A DNA stretch of 61,120 bases, counting the filler, from Dugesia japonica (taxonomy: Eukaryota), in NCBI GenBank assembly GCA_001938525.1. It is 5 parts of 5 records of this genome, joined end to end, with 100 filler letters (N's around TTAATTAATTAA, not from the genome) between each part and the next. Parts side by side here need not be neighbours in the genome. Positions count along the whole stretch, not along the records: positions 1 to 15,740 come from MQRL01601486.1; positions 15,841 to 29,749 come from MQRL01606196.1; 3 more parts are not named here. One strand, given 5' to 3'. The position numbers and the translations under genes were made by a program. The notes beneath the pieces were generated by a model. That model searched no databases and was not told the origin of the DNA. It worked only from the letters and a program-made list of their open reading frames with translations. This document shows positions 13,981 to 27,240 of the stretch, piece by piece; positions within the stretch are counted from its first letter, which is position 1; every line of letters starts with the position of its first letter.

Positions 13981-15445
13981 CAGCGCCAGCTTAACAGTTG
14001 TGGCGTCCTGTTGCCATTGAAATTTTGCCGCCCCCATATAATTTTTTTAACTTTTTAATAAGAAAAATACTATAAAAATTTTAGAATTTTAATCATTATT
14101 TTTATTTAATTATTAACAGTTCATTTAATCCATTAACAATAGATTCATTTCAAACCTGATTTCAATTCATTAACAATAAAATCGGTATTTAAGAAAATAA
14201 AAATTTAGTAATCTAATATTCAATAAATTTCAAAGTCATAACATATATTTATTTATGCCAGTATATTGAATTGAAAACTAATCTTTCGAGCCTTTACAGT
14301 TGCAAATCTATCAATTAATTCTACATTTAAATCTTAAGCAATTTAATGTTCACTTGATAAAGTGGCCAGAACATCTAACCGGCCATGTCTCATTGTAGAT
14401 CGTGTGTAGGTTTTAATTAATATAAACTTCGAAAAACTTCTTTCAGCGCTAGCTACTGATGTCGACAAAGTTAAAAAAATTCTTAGAGCTACAAAATCAT
14501 TGCCCAAGGACGCTGCCAAATTATTTGAGCATATATATTCCAATATATTTAAAGGAGTACAGTGGGATTCTTCCATATGATTTCTTAAAAACCTAATTCG
14601 TCGTATAAATCGAAACCGAATATATCTTTTCGGTCACCATCTGCAAGCAATATATCTAATTCCATATATTTTTTTCGCAGTTCTTCGTCACTTATTTCTG
14701 CATTTAAATTATAAATGAAGTTAAATTTATATTGTGCTCCTGAAATAACATAAACCTATCATTTGATAACATAATTGCTTGATCAAGGATATTATTAAAA
14801 AAATATTCTTAAAATTTGTGCTGCAGGGTTGATTATTTTATTTGGGTGCTCATAATCGAATGGTCTTCTCCTGGGACGATTTCTTATTTGTTCAAACTCT
14901 GGCTCAATGTCTATTTCTAATGCAATTTTTTTGGCCTCTTCAATAACTTCATTAAACTTAGAAAGATTGTTAAATTACCTTTTTTCTTTTTCATGAAGAA
15001 CTCCTTTTGAACTTTGTTGCTTTCGATATTCAGCACCAGATAGTTTTTACTCCTATCCATAATTAAATAATTTTTTTACTTTTTCTACATTAAATTTAAT
15101 TAAAAAACTGAAAATGTAATGATAGTTAAATTAAATATAAATTTATACGTACTTAACGCAAGTGTCGATTGAAATTAATTAAGTAAGATATTAAATTTAT
15201 CGCGATTAAAAATTGCTCGAAAAATCACAATAAAGCAAATTCATATTAAATTTAGTTCACATTATTAATATAAATTACAACATCTTATAAGCAAGTTCAT
15301 ATTAAATACTTAAAATAAAATTTGCACAAAATATTTTAAATATAATTTTTTAAAACGTGAAAGTAAATTGCTGTCAATTTGCTACTCGTTAATTATTGCG
15401 CCCTCTGCATGCGCCATATTTGCATCGCTCCTAATCCTAAGCACT
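13981..15445 (-). mobile_element. Internally deleted hAT element
   Basis: hAT dimerization domain 'ALRIFLTLSTSVASAERSFSK..LIKTY.RSTM...RL..LA.LS.E' (14343-14576). N-terminal 'SGAEYRK' near 15030-15060. GC-rich CAGCGCC terminus at 13981. Confidence 0.8.
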
Positions 15446-15545
15446 AAATATAATTACACAAGTTTTTTCATTGAATTTACTAATTTCAACACTAGTCCAT
15501 AAAATGTTAAATAATTTAATTATTGATCGCTAGAANNNNNNNNNN

Positions 15546-15740
15546 GTTGCAGCCTCATCCTAAAATCAAAGACTGAAAATCAAGGTTGAATTTTTACCAT
15601 CCAACATCACCTCATTAATTCAACTTATGGATCTAGGTGTCATCAACATTTTTAATTAAATTTATCGACAACAAATTTGTAAACGTCTGATGGATGCTCT
15701 TGATGACAACCTCATTAATGCTAATTCATCAGTATCAGAT
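15546..15740 (+). mobile_element. pogo/Tigger DDE domain fragment
   Basis: 'KIKVEFLPSNITSLIQLMDLGVI' resembles the conserved FLPPNTTSLIQPMDQGVI motif. Confidence 0.8.
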
Positions 15741-15784
15741 NNNNNNNNNNNNNNNNNNNNNNNNNNNNNNNNNNNNNNNNNNNN

Positions 15785-15796
15785 TTAATTAATTAA
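15785..15796. other. Artificial contig-join linker TTAATTAATTAA inside N-run (also 29794-29805, 41007-41018, 49796-49807)
   Basis: Identical palindromic 12-mer with stops in all six frames, flanked by N on both sides, four times. Confidence 0.9.
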
Positions 15797-16618
15797 NNNN
15801 NNNNNNNNNNNNNNNNNNNNNNNNNNNNNNNNNNNNNNNNTTTTATAATTGGCCTTATATATCCCAATAATATTTTATTTTAATCAAATCCTAAAAAAAT
15901 AAAAATCAATATCGTAAAAAATTTATAAAGGAACAATTTAGAGGTTGTGCAGATAAATATTTAAAAAATTAATAAAACTTTACTCTCCTCAACTGAATCC
16001 TATAGAGGAGTATTTCAGCCATTACAAGTCAGTCTTGGAATCGTTCCACCTGTCACGAGAGAATAAAAATAAACTTAAATGTAGAATCAATGAAGAGTTA
16101 AGGAATGAGGACATAAGTTTCAACGGTTGGTTCTTGCATATGAGAAGCTACGTAGACTAAGCTCTTGCAAAACAAGAATTTATTTAAATAAATGTACATG
16201 AATATTGGAATATTTTATTTTCTATATTTTGAAGATTTTACAAGATTATTATTTAAAATATATTTTGAAACTTTTTAAATATTTTTCTGCAAAAAACTGT
16301 AAATTGCATCTTATATTTGTTGATTATTACACTTATCATGGATCCCATTTTTAAAAGATATAAAAAATATTCTTATATCAGAATTTCTTTGGGATAATAT
16401 GTACCTTCAGGAATGAAATGGTTTAATATTCAATAAATATCAACAAATCCGACTAATATGGACAAATTGCCATATTAATTAGAACAAGATTTCCCAAACA
16501 AAAGCAATACGTGCAAACATTCCAATTATATTTATAAATTTATTTAAAACGATGAAATAATTAATATGGGTGTTACATTCTTTATTTCTGAATCTTAGTT
16601 ATTCTGAGTTATTGCTAT

Positions 16619-17460
16619 ATGAAAGAAAGAAGACAATTAACTGATTTTGAGAGGCAAATTATAATTCCGTTTAAGAATGAGAATCCTACATGGGTACTAT
16701 CGAAGTGTTCAAAGGTGTTACCTAACTTTTTTGGAAACACTACGAAACATTAATTTGACAATCTTGTTGCACGTTTTAAAAGAGTTTCATTTACAAAAAC
16801 CCATAGAAAAGAATCAGCGAGAAAAGTTAAAATGTAAAGGCTTTTAGCTTTATTACACGTTCGTGTAAGAGATATTGAGAAGGAGCATTAAGTTAACGAG
16901 AAATCTCTAGGGAAATGGAAATATTGAAAATATCCTTATGCAATATAAAATTGAAGTGCTATCAAAGAATATTGTAATTTGCTCACTTCGCAACATCAAA
17001 TAATGCCTATGAATAAGTCAATTGTACTAGCTAATCGTTTTGGACAAATAGATGCTGGAAAGAAAGTATAGCAAAATTTTCATTACGGAATCCTTTTAAT
17101 TCTCAAAATGACAGAATTTACCACGAAGTAACTGTGAAAACTGACATATCTAACGAGGATCTACTGGTTAAAAATGACAATTTGAATATAACAACCCTCT
17201 GTAATTTGTATTGCTGCATTTGCACTTTTGTGGAAAAAGAATTTAGATTTATTGAATGCTTTGTTGTGGATCAAGAGCATCTTCCTTGGTACAGAAAGAA
17301 AAAGAAAACTGTAAATCAAAATGTTAACTTTGAGGAAATATGTTTCCAAATGTTTCATGATATAGAGAAGGTTATGGAAGGTAAAGCATGGACATGATAA
17401 CAAGATGATGCAAGACCCCACGCTGTCAGAGCAACTGCTGACTTCCTTCAAAATGCTATA
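16619..17460 (+). mobile_element. Degenerate Tc1/mariner-superfamily transposase (maT/DD37D-like)
   Basis: 'MKERRQLTDFERQIII' N-terminus, 'AKFSLRNPFNSQNDRIY', and 'WT**QDDARPH' corresponding to the QQDxAxxH second catalytic Asp motif. Many stops. Confidence 0.75.
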
Positions 17461-17864
17461 ATAGGAAGAAAGAGAGAAAGCGGAAGGCACTGATATTGAG
17501 CAAAATAAGATCTCTCGAGCAAGTCCTGAGCAAGCGAACGAATAAGACAAAAAAGGCGGGTGATTGTTGGTAACCTTTTGAGCAAACCCCATTTGGATGC
17601 CACATCTACACTAAGAATGTATATGTTTTTTTATCTTTTCTTTTATATAATGATGCATAAAAAATTTAATTCAAAAAAAAGTCTGGAAATGTTATTTTTC
17701 CATGGGCATTCTTTGATAACAGGAAGGTTTGCCGCTCATAAAATACATAGTGCCAAAAGATTTGTTTATTTCAATAATGAAAAGCAAATTGAAATAAAAT
17801 AATGTTTAATAATTTTATTTAATTGTTAACTTAATAGTCCAAAGTATAACCAATGACTGATCAA

Positions 17865-19353
17865 CATGCGTGGGGCGATGGGAGTGATCGTCCTCCCAAT
17901 AATATATTTTAGATTTTAGTATCTAAAAATTGAAATAAATATGATAAAAGTATTGAAATTATTTTCCAGTATTATTTGATGAAACAATGGATGTTTTATA
18001 ATTTCACAACTTTCTTAGTGTTCACGTTTGTTTTTAATAAAAAAAAGATATGAAGATTTCTAAGAATTGAAATTTGATTCATGAATCAATTTTTGTAAAG
18101 TAAAAAGTAATGCAGGAACCAAAAGTGAGTGGAAAACTTCTCGGGAAATTAGTTGCAACAAAACTGGAAGAATTTGGCTTGAATCTTGATTTTTGTATTA
18201 CTATTGTAATTGATGGATGCTCAGTGATGACATCTGAAAAGAAGGCGCCGTGAATGAAATTTAAAAAAAGCTAAAAATGCACTGTCTTTGTTAAAACCAT
18301 AGTTTAAATTTTTCGATTCTGATATCATCAAATGTCACAAGTATTCGAAATTCTATTGGGGTAAAATAGAAAACAATTTCATTTTAAACGTTTTCTTTCC
18401 TCCTGAAGTAATAATGAAGTCTCTTTTTGTGAGAAAATTAAAAAAGATTTGAGAAATGAGATGGATAGAACAGATCGAGTCACTTGCCAAATTTTCAACA
18501 GGTTTTGAGAACATAATAGACGTTTTAGATGAAATCTCGGAATGGACTGATATTAGTCAGTCTAATAAGCTGAAACTTTGACAAATAGTTTAACTACATT
18601 TGATTTTCTTATTTCATTCTATTTTTTACTTATTTTTACCTTTGAGAAAAATGTTGCCAAAGACTACCATAGATTTATTACACGCTAGAAATTTAATCAA
18701 TAATTAACTTGAAACTTGGGTAAAGATAAGTGAATTTAAGTNATCAACTAAATGGGAAAATTTTATTATTGATGCAATCCATTCAATTGGAAACTTCTCA
18801 ACTCTCCTCAACTTTAGAATAAACGCTTGTTTATCTTGAGGAGGATATTTTTCCAATAACATTGTCATCGTTATCCATCAATTTTATATTACCTGTTAGT
18901 TTAGCTTCAGCGGAAAGAAATTTCTCATATTTGAAAAGTTGTAAGACTTACTTAAGAAATAAAATCGGCCAAAATAGATTGTTAAGTCTAGCGATATTAA
19001 ATATTCATAGGGATAAAGATGTTAAAATTGATGATGTAATACATTTATTTGCCAATGGTGGAAAAAGAAGGTTAGATTTTGTAATAAAATAAAAATTAAG
19101 TACATTTATCTTTGGTTTTNATTACAATTGTATCTAAGTAGTTTTATTGTTATATTATGTATATTATGCGTGTAAAATTTTTGTTGAATGTTGTATGCTA
19201 ATAATATGTAACTATTATTATGGATAAGTGTAATATTAATTAAGAATGTAAAATGTATTTTTTTTAACTAAACATTTTCAATGTAATAATTAAATTTTCT
19301 ACTACTAACTTTTTATATCGCCCGCATGAAAAAATTCCTGAATTCGTCGCTGT
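17865..19353 (+). mobile_element. Degenerate hAT element
   Basis: 'DGCSVMTS', 'MRWIE', and dimerization domain 'LPVSLASAERNFSYLKSCKTYLRNKIGQNRLLSLAILNIHRD...RRLDF'. GC-rich ends at ~17865 and ~19353. Confidence 0.85.
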
Positions 19354-19739
19354 GCCTAAGGCCAACAAACAATTAGGGGCCTACGAATTTAAATTAAATT
19401 AAATTTCTGGTACCATTTTGGTCATTGAGTGATTAAAAATAAATTACAAAAAAGTCAAATTCAAAATTCTAAAACATTTAAACCTGGTGGCGTTCATAAA
19501 TATTATGCTCAAACCAAAAGGTGGTTCAAAACAAGTTCGTAGAAAATCCTGAAAATGTACGTGTTTTTTTTAATTTTCATATATTATTAGTGCAGAATTT
19601 AAATTTTAACCGATTTGAGGCTTACTAGTAGTATGTTACTACAAATGTAGGTATTCAAAAGTGTCTAGGGTCTACGAAGATCTTAAAACAGCCCTGAGTA
19701 CAACTAATTATTTTCCAATCAAAAACATGAATCTTTACA

Positions 19740-20052
19740 ATTTACATGCTCACAAATTGTGAATCTCAACAAAGTTAAGTTTTATCCAGACTATTAAGAA
19801 CTTTAGAAATAGTAAACAATTAATAGGAATGTGCGCTATAATTATCAATTTTATTTAATTAATTAAAATTATATGCTCAAATAAATTCTATTCATATCCA
19901 ACATTAAATCAACCTGCATCTGATAATTAAAATCATTTTATCTTCACAAGTTGTGAATCACAACAAAGTTAAATTTTATCCCACTATTACAATCTTTAGT
20001 GATGAAATAGTAAACAATTAATAGCAATGTGCGCTATAATTATCAATTTTAA
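19740..20052 (+). repeat. Local direct duplication (~110 bp; 19750-19852 vs 19944-20050)
   Basis: Shared TCACAA.TTGTGAATC.CAACAAAGTTAA...GAAATAGTAAACAATTAATAG.AATGTGCGCTATAATTATCAATTTTA. Confidence 0.8.
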
Positions 20053-21084
20053 ATTCAAAAAGACTGAAATAACTTTATTGGACTTTCGATTGATTTAATA
20101 ATGAAATAGATTTAAGTACAACTTTTAGTCAATTGATATTAGAAATTATAGAAGTGATTTCTGTATTGAGAAATTATAAATAATTTAATGCAAATAATTT
20201 TGACCATGTTCATGCATTTAAATAAACCACCATAATATAATTGTTTCACTTCGTTAATGCCAATCTAAATTGTACACTGTTTAATTATTATCAATGTTCA
20301 TAAAATTTGAAAATATTCAATTTATTTTTTTATTATCATTACATAAGAAAAAAAATTGTGAAGCGTACACGCTAACAATCTCAAAACGTATAGCTATCTC
20401 CCATGACAATTACTTATCAAAAAAGCTATAATTTATTGATTTTATTAAGTATTCAGGCTAGTATTCAATTATTACTCAAAACATACAAAACCATGTACAT
20501 GAAAGTGTAAGCCTATGCTCGATAAGGTTAGCTCAATGATATTATCAACTTCACTAAATTCTGATAAGATAATGCTGTTGAAATTTCAATCAAATCTATT
20601 TGCCTCTATACCGATAATAAATAAAGCAACACCAATCAAATGCTAGATAGATGCCGCATGTATGTATTACACACATGTGGTTTAATTTTTATAATTGCTC
20701 TTTGATTTTTCGCTTATTCACTATTAGTTCACATGTTATGAATTTGAGATTATTTCTAATCTAATCCGAATTTCAATATCGTACAAAGGTAAGTGTCGTC
20801 ATCACAAGTGGCTTTAATATTATCATTTAAAATTCTAATCATTATCATTGATTGCTTTCCTCATTCAAATTTTAACTGATTGTTATCAAAATCATTTGAT
20901 AACTTCAAATCTAATTGACACTCATGTAAATATCCCATTCAAATTTGTATTCTTTTTCGTAAGATCAATGATGTTAGAGAGATCAATATCATCAGTTTTA
21001 GACATGCGCCATGCTATAAAGAATAAATTTATTAAATTCATAATTTTTTAAATAAATCTTATTTCAGGAAGAAAATTCTATATA

Positions 21085-23364
21085 ATGGACATAGTTTCAC
21101 CAAAATCCAATACAAGTACTCTTAATACGTTGATCACGTATTCAAATTGTCCAAATATTGATATACAATCTAATGATATATCAGTTAATTTGACCAATTC
21201 TCAAAACTTTCATGAGTTAGACCATAAAAACAACTATGGCTACAAAGTTTCAAGTAATGATAACAAGTTAAATCATCTACCATATCTAGCTCAAACAAAT
21301 TTGACAGAATGTATGGGTGACATAACAAATGATATTAAGAATCAAAATTCACATCTTAACTATGGAAACGGAATATCATTCACTGAATTTTCTAAAATGT
21401 CTGAAAGTAATATTCCTGGTTATTCCCCGTATTGTTTTTCAACTAAATTATTTCCTATTCCAAATCTACAAGAAAAACCACTAATAAATGACAACTATGC
21501 TGTAAAATCTACGGGAGCTTTTATTGCAGAATCTAATGAGCATCAAAACACTGTAAATACCGGTACTTCTTATAATTCAAATTTAACCTCATACAGAACC
21601 GTTATACCAGCTCATTTTCATCTATTTAATCAGAATTCACCCGAATCAACGTCATTTTATAATACCTCTTGGAATAATTATCCATTCCAAATATCCCCAA
21701 CTTATCCTATACAAAATTTACCAGATTCTACAATAAACTGGACGCAAAACAGTCAAATTACTAACAACAATTTGGTTTTTAATCCCTGGAGCTGCAAATC
21801 CAATCTTAACCTTCCTCCTATTAATGAATTTGGTTCAAGTAAGTAATTTATATTTGTTATATATTTAATAATTAAAAATAAATTAAAATAAATTTGTTCT
21901 CATAATAAAGATAAATAATTTCTTTATACATTGGTGATATTATTCAGACAAGCTAATTGTTTGAATGATTATTAACCGATAAGATAAGCACTGGCAGAAT
22001 AAACGCGTTGACTATTCTAACTGATTTATCTTGCAGTTGATAAAGTTTCCACTATCTATAATCGCGTCTATATTTGCTTATGATAAATTATGTAAATAAT
22101 CAAGGATATCTGAAATATAAAATTAATTACTTTCAAATCATAAAATTTTAAAATCCAGATTGCGATGTCAGCAGAGAGTGTGTTAATTGTGGAGCTAGTA
22201 ATACTCAGTTGTGGTCTCGAGACAATACTGGTTATTATTTATGCGACGAATGCGATAGGTTCTCCCAAAATAATAGTAGAAACATTGAAAAAATACCCGC
22301 AAATCAAGTTACATCAAGTACCGAAAATGAATTCATGAAAAAGTCTAATGCAGTGATTATTTTTTTTTCAAAATTTCCTGTTTAAATAATTTTCATTGAT
22401 AGAGTTTTCAGCAATATGGAAAACGATCAGATCTCGAATGCAGTAACTGTAAAATTACTAAAACATCTTTATGGAGAAGAAATAATGAAGGAGAACCAGT
22501 TTGTAACGCTTGCGGCTTATATTACAAATTACATAAGGTTTCCAAAATATTTTATCTCAAAATTAATAATAATTAATTTTAGTCTCTGAGACCTCTTTCA
22601 ATGAGAAAAGAAGGAATCCAAACTAGAAAAAGGAAACGGAAAACACAATTGAAACCGGTCTCAGGTCATATTGCTAATAATCAGAAAGTCCCTTCTTCAG
22701 AATCATCATCAGAACAAAATCAGGTTTTTTAATGATAAATTTAATAAGAATTTTGAGATATACACACTATTTTTAACGACACGTGCTTAGGTTTTGATAA
22801 TTATTATAGTTATTATGCATAGATACAGACTTATCTATTAACTATTATTTTAAAATTAATATCTCTTTCCTGTTTAAAAATGAATTAAATAAATTACTGA
22901 TAAGCAAAACTAAATCATTAATAATAATTGATATTATAATTGTAATTTATTTTAGTTTATCAATGCTGTAAAATCTTCCGAAAATTGTTATAACATGATT
23001 TCTGAAAATTCTCCAACATATATGCCAAATATATCAATCCAACCTTACAATCGAATTTTAAATTCAAATCAATATCAATTTCAATCAAGTGAAAATCCAA
23101 TAAATCCAGTATATTTTGTATTAAATTATAAAATTATAAACATTTTTCTTTATATAGTCGTATTTAAATTCTTCACTCAAGAATAACAATCCTTTCTATG
23201 ATTCTGAAAGTATACTTTATTCGTACAACTCTTCAAATAAAATTAAAGACGAACCCTTATCCATGGATAATGAGCAAAAGCCATATTCAACTATTCCCGA
23301 TAAAATCGATGTTAATTCTATAGTGAGAATTAATGAAATCTCAAACAATTCGAATTCGAGTTAA
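21085..23364 (+). CDS. gata4/5/6: GATA4/5/6-class transcription factor; coding exons 21085-21838, 22159-22352, 22403-22537, 22583-22723, 22956-23108, 23158-23364
   Basis: GT-AG introns keep frame throughout. N-finger [25 protein letters not shown]; C-finger [33 protein letters not shown] followed by [22 protein letters not shown] and TRKRK are GATA4/5/6 signatures. Probable non-coding exon with donor at 20789 spliced to the acceptor at 21067. Confidence 0.93.
21909..22086. promoter_or_regulatory. Cluster of GATA-binding sites in the GATA gene intron (candidate autoregulatory enhancer)
   Basis: WGATAR at 21909, 21982, 22026(-), 22038, 22052(-) and 22081, plus CGATAA at 21977. Confidence 0.45.
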
Positions 23365-23581
23365 TTATTCTGATCTACTTTTTAATTCTATTAAAAAAAC
23401 ACTTCTAAATATAATTTTAATGATAAAATTTTATATCTAAAAAATGTAATTTTTAAGTGCGAATTATTAAAGTATGCATTTAAATAGTGCAATTATTGTG
23501 GTAGTTATTTTTATTATTTAATAAATGTTGTTTGTAAATTTCAATTGTACAAAATAAAATAAATCAATAAAAAAAGAAAAT

Positions 23582-24334
23582 TCATTTATTTTCACTAAAT
23601 TTTTTCAATGCATCAATGTGATCTTTATTTCCCCAGACTGTTTTGAAAATATTTCGTTCAATTTTTAAGCCATTTACTCCGTTAAAATTTGATATTTCAC
23701 TCACTAAATTTTTGATAGCAAACAATACATTTTTTGATATTTCATCCGTAATACATTTCAAATCGTTAATAGTTTCTTCGAGTCTTTCATTTGGAGTATT
23801 TGAATTAAGAATTTTATCGACAAGACCGATTTCTAAGGCTTTCTGTGCATTGATAACTTCGGTATTCAAGAGCAACTTCAGAGTTGCCTAAATGAAATTG
23901 ACGTTTAAATAAATTACGAAAGATTTATTTCTGATAAAAATATTTATTTAGCAATCATTAAACGAGAAAAGATTTAATCTCACTTTCTAATCAAATATAA
24001 ATAAAATTATGGCGCCAAATGAAAATTGTCAAAAATTTAGTACAAATAATAATTTTGAGGTGTGTTGATTGATTGAGCATACAAATAGTTAATAAATAAA
24101 ATTAATTATTCAATAACAAAATATTACTTGTTTGCCAATTAACTGAATGAGTTTATGACAACCACCCCAACCTGTAGTGACACCTAAATTTCTTTGTTTA
24201 AAAGACAACTTTCCATTTTGAGCAATATATCTAAAATCACAACATAAAATCAGCTCAGCACCACCACCGTAAGCTACGCTTTCTATCAAAGCCACACTCA
24301 GTGAAGGCAGTTTCTCAATTTTTCTTGTAAGTGA
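23582..24334 (-). CDS. ECHDC1: Crotonase-fold protein, ethylmalonyl-CoA decarboxylase (ECHDC1)-like; last two exons 24334-24128 and 23887-23582
   Basis: 'LPSLSVALIESVAYGGGAELILCCDFR...LGVTTGWGG..LIQLIG|ATLKLLL...AQKALEIGLVD...ERNIFKTVWGNKDHIDAL'. Phase-0 GT-AG intron. 5' exons not located. Confidence 0.85.
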
Positions 24335-25509
24335 CTAAAGAAAAATATATTTTCTTAATTTTGCAAAATAAGAAATTCATAGTCAAAACAACAAGTAATA
24401 ATTGAGTGTTTTCGGTTTAAGGAAATTATAAATAATTTATTAAACGTTTTACAATTACAATTATTGCGATAATAATTGTCAGACTTAACCACTTTTTAAA
24501 GACAATTGTCGAAAATTTGAATTACTAACAACAAAAAAAAACATTTTGATCGAAGCTTTTTAATTTATTGCAAATTTATCACAATACTAATGGCGTGTTT
24601 CAAAATGAGTGTTAGGTAACCGTTTTATGTTAGTGACACCCAACTTTTTTTTGATGTTTTAAGACTTAATTTTAATAAGTTAAAACATTTAAAAGAATGA
24701 AAATATGTATTAAATCGGTTCATTTGAAGAATTCCCCNCCCCCCAAAGTGACAAACTTAAATTACAAGTTCTTTCCAAGTTATTTATTAATCTAAATTTA
24801 ACACAGTCAATAGGTAAGCAATGAATATTACCGAATGTTTTTAATGTGGGGGCCATAGTTTACATATCATTTATAAAATATAGTTTACTTATATAAATAA
24901 AATGAAAATATTGCAAATTAATTATAATGAAAATAGAAATAATAATTATGATTTGTGTTTTTGTAAATATATTTACATTATACAATTCGCATAAATAAAA
25001 TAAGCAGTAATTAATAATAATGTCAACAAAATGAACCGAATAAAATTTACATTACCAATGATTGGGGGGAAATTCTACAAAAGAGCCATTAAATCTTATC
25101 TAAAAAAATTCCTTGCTAAAAGATTTGTTTAGTTTGATTTTTTAATTATTTTCGTGGCATCAAAATGTGTCACGGCATCCCAGTTGTCCAACACTGCTTT
25201 AGACGATACTAAGCGTTTTCCTATCAAATGTGTTTTGTTAATTTTTATAAATAAAAAGAGAATAATTTAAATTCAAAGCTATCAAAAAGTGACATTTTTA
25301 AAAAATAACAACAAAAATTAAATTAAATCTGCTTTTATTAAATCGTACAAAAAAGATCTTTAATGTATAAGATAATATTAAGCTTGGAATTATGATACCG
25401 AGACAAAAAGTATAAAAATATTATATATAAAAATAATATCCATTGCTCAAATTAAAAATTAATTAAAATTTGAAATGAAAAAATTTAAAATCCAAAACTT
25501 TAAACCCCT

Positions 25510-26850
25510 AATGAAAAATGATAACTGAAACAACAGCATAAGACTGAACTATACGTATAAAGGCAACTCTATGCTGAACAATCGACTTTACCAATTATCT
25601 CTATAACTCAAAAGGTCGGGATGGTTCATCAATATTTTGGTTATGCATTAATATCTGGTGGTAGAATTACTACTAATAGTGATATTAATACACAGATTAT
25701 AATATTAAAACGAACCGAACACTCACATCTCATCAAAATGTCGCTAATATCAACAATTTACGAAGAATTAAAGAAAGTTGATAATTGATCGTGCTTCACT
25801 TGAGAGATGCATAAATAAAGCTCAAATTTCCAATAGGCCTCAGATACCTCATCAAGCAGAGGATTATATTATTAGCTCACCATACTCCTTCTAGGCTTGC
25901 ATATNNNNNNNNNNNNNNNNNNNAATGATCTTGACAGAAATAGTCTTTCAAGTTATGTCAAGCTGAAATATTTCTATAATAGCAAACATGTCTACGTCAG
26001 TGGAACTTTTGATACAGTTCCTTCGATTTTCTATCAACTTTATAAAATTCATACAAAAGTATATAATCACATTTTTCCTTGTGTATATTTACTTTGCAAA
26101 AGAAAAAAAATGAAATATAATAAAATTTATTCGCATTTAAAATCAAGATCCGCGAGTATTGGACAATGATTCTGATATGATAATGATGGATTTAGAAATA
26201 CAGTATAAAAGACTTCTAATTTTCACATCTAGTCCTCATATCAAGAGTTTTCTTTTTCCCTTTTATCACTTCAGAGAAAGATACAAGAACTTAATATATA
26301 ATTAAAATATAGAGATCCTAATAGTACTGGCATGAAATAATGGATTTTAAAGCTTATGCTTCTTCCCTTCATTCCATAATTTGATGTCACTGCAGTTTTT
26401 ATCTTACTTTTACATATTTTTCCTACAATTCTAAGAGATAGATGAATACATAAAAATCAATTATATTGGTCATTCGGATGTATTGAGGATTGATGATGTA
26501 AGTACAATATTTAACATAAAGATTTAGAATTATTATTTTTCAGTTTTGCCAGGTAAAGAAATAACGAATAATAATGTGGAAGTATGGCATTCTAAACTTC
26601 CAAGAATTACTTATACTAAATATCCATCAATTTGGAAGTTCTTAGAATATATTCAAAGGGATGATAACGATAATGACAATTTAATAAATTAGTTATCTAG
26701 TGGTCATCGTACGATAAAGTATCCAAGAAAAAGTATCCAATTTGTGATAAAAGAGTTGAAACAATAGTTGAAATGGATAATGAGTATAAAACTAATAACG
26801 AGATTAAAAGATATTCGTTAAACATTGGTAGGCTGTTGAATTATAATTTT
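25510..26850 (+). mobile_element. Degenerate Mutator-like (MULE) transposase
   Basis: 'VYVSGTFDTVPSIFYQLYKIH...FPCVYLLCKRK' (MULE DGTF..P..FYQLY.IH motif), downstream 'NYNVEVWHSKL', and an upstream FLYWCH-like 'FWLC...EHSH'. Confidence 0.8.
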
Positions 26851-26956
26851 TCATTTAATCAATAAAGTTGTACTTTTAATTAATTTTGTGCATTTTTCTT
26901 GTTTTTTTACCAAATATTTTATACCTTTTGTTTGTGGGTTGGAATATTATGATACC

Positions 26957-27240
26957 CAGGCCCGGTCCTAGAGCCATGGCTCGGGGCACACGGTAAATTG
27001 GGGCGCCAAATATATACAAAAAAATTTAATCAATCCTTCACAAGATATTATGGCACCATGAGACTTAAACCTTTTTATAGTAAATTAAAGTATTTTTGGA
27101 CGGTGCATAAACATTGTAAGATAGTAAGAGGTTTAAGGATCTAAAATATGGTATGTACATAAAAAAACTGCTCGTTAAAGTGGATGGGGCGCGATTTAAA
27201 ACCTTGGCCTAGGGCGCCTCAAATGCTCAGGGCAGGCCTG
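26957..27240. mobile_element. Non-autonomous hAT-type MITE with 8-bp TSD
   Basis: Ends CAGGCCCGGTCC / GGGCAGGCCTG. Flanks ATGATACC (26949-26956) and ATGTTACC (27241-27248). Confidence 0.85.
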
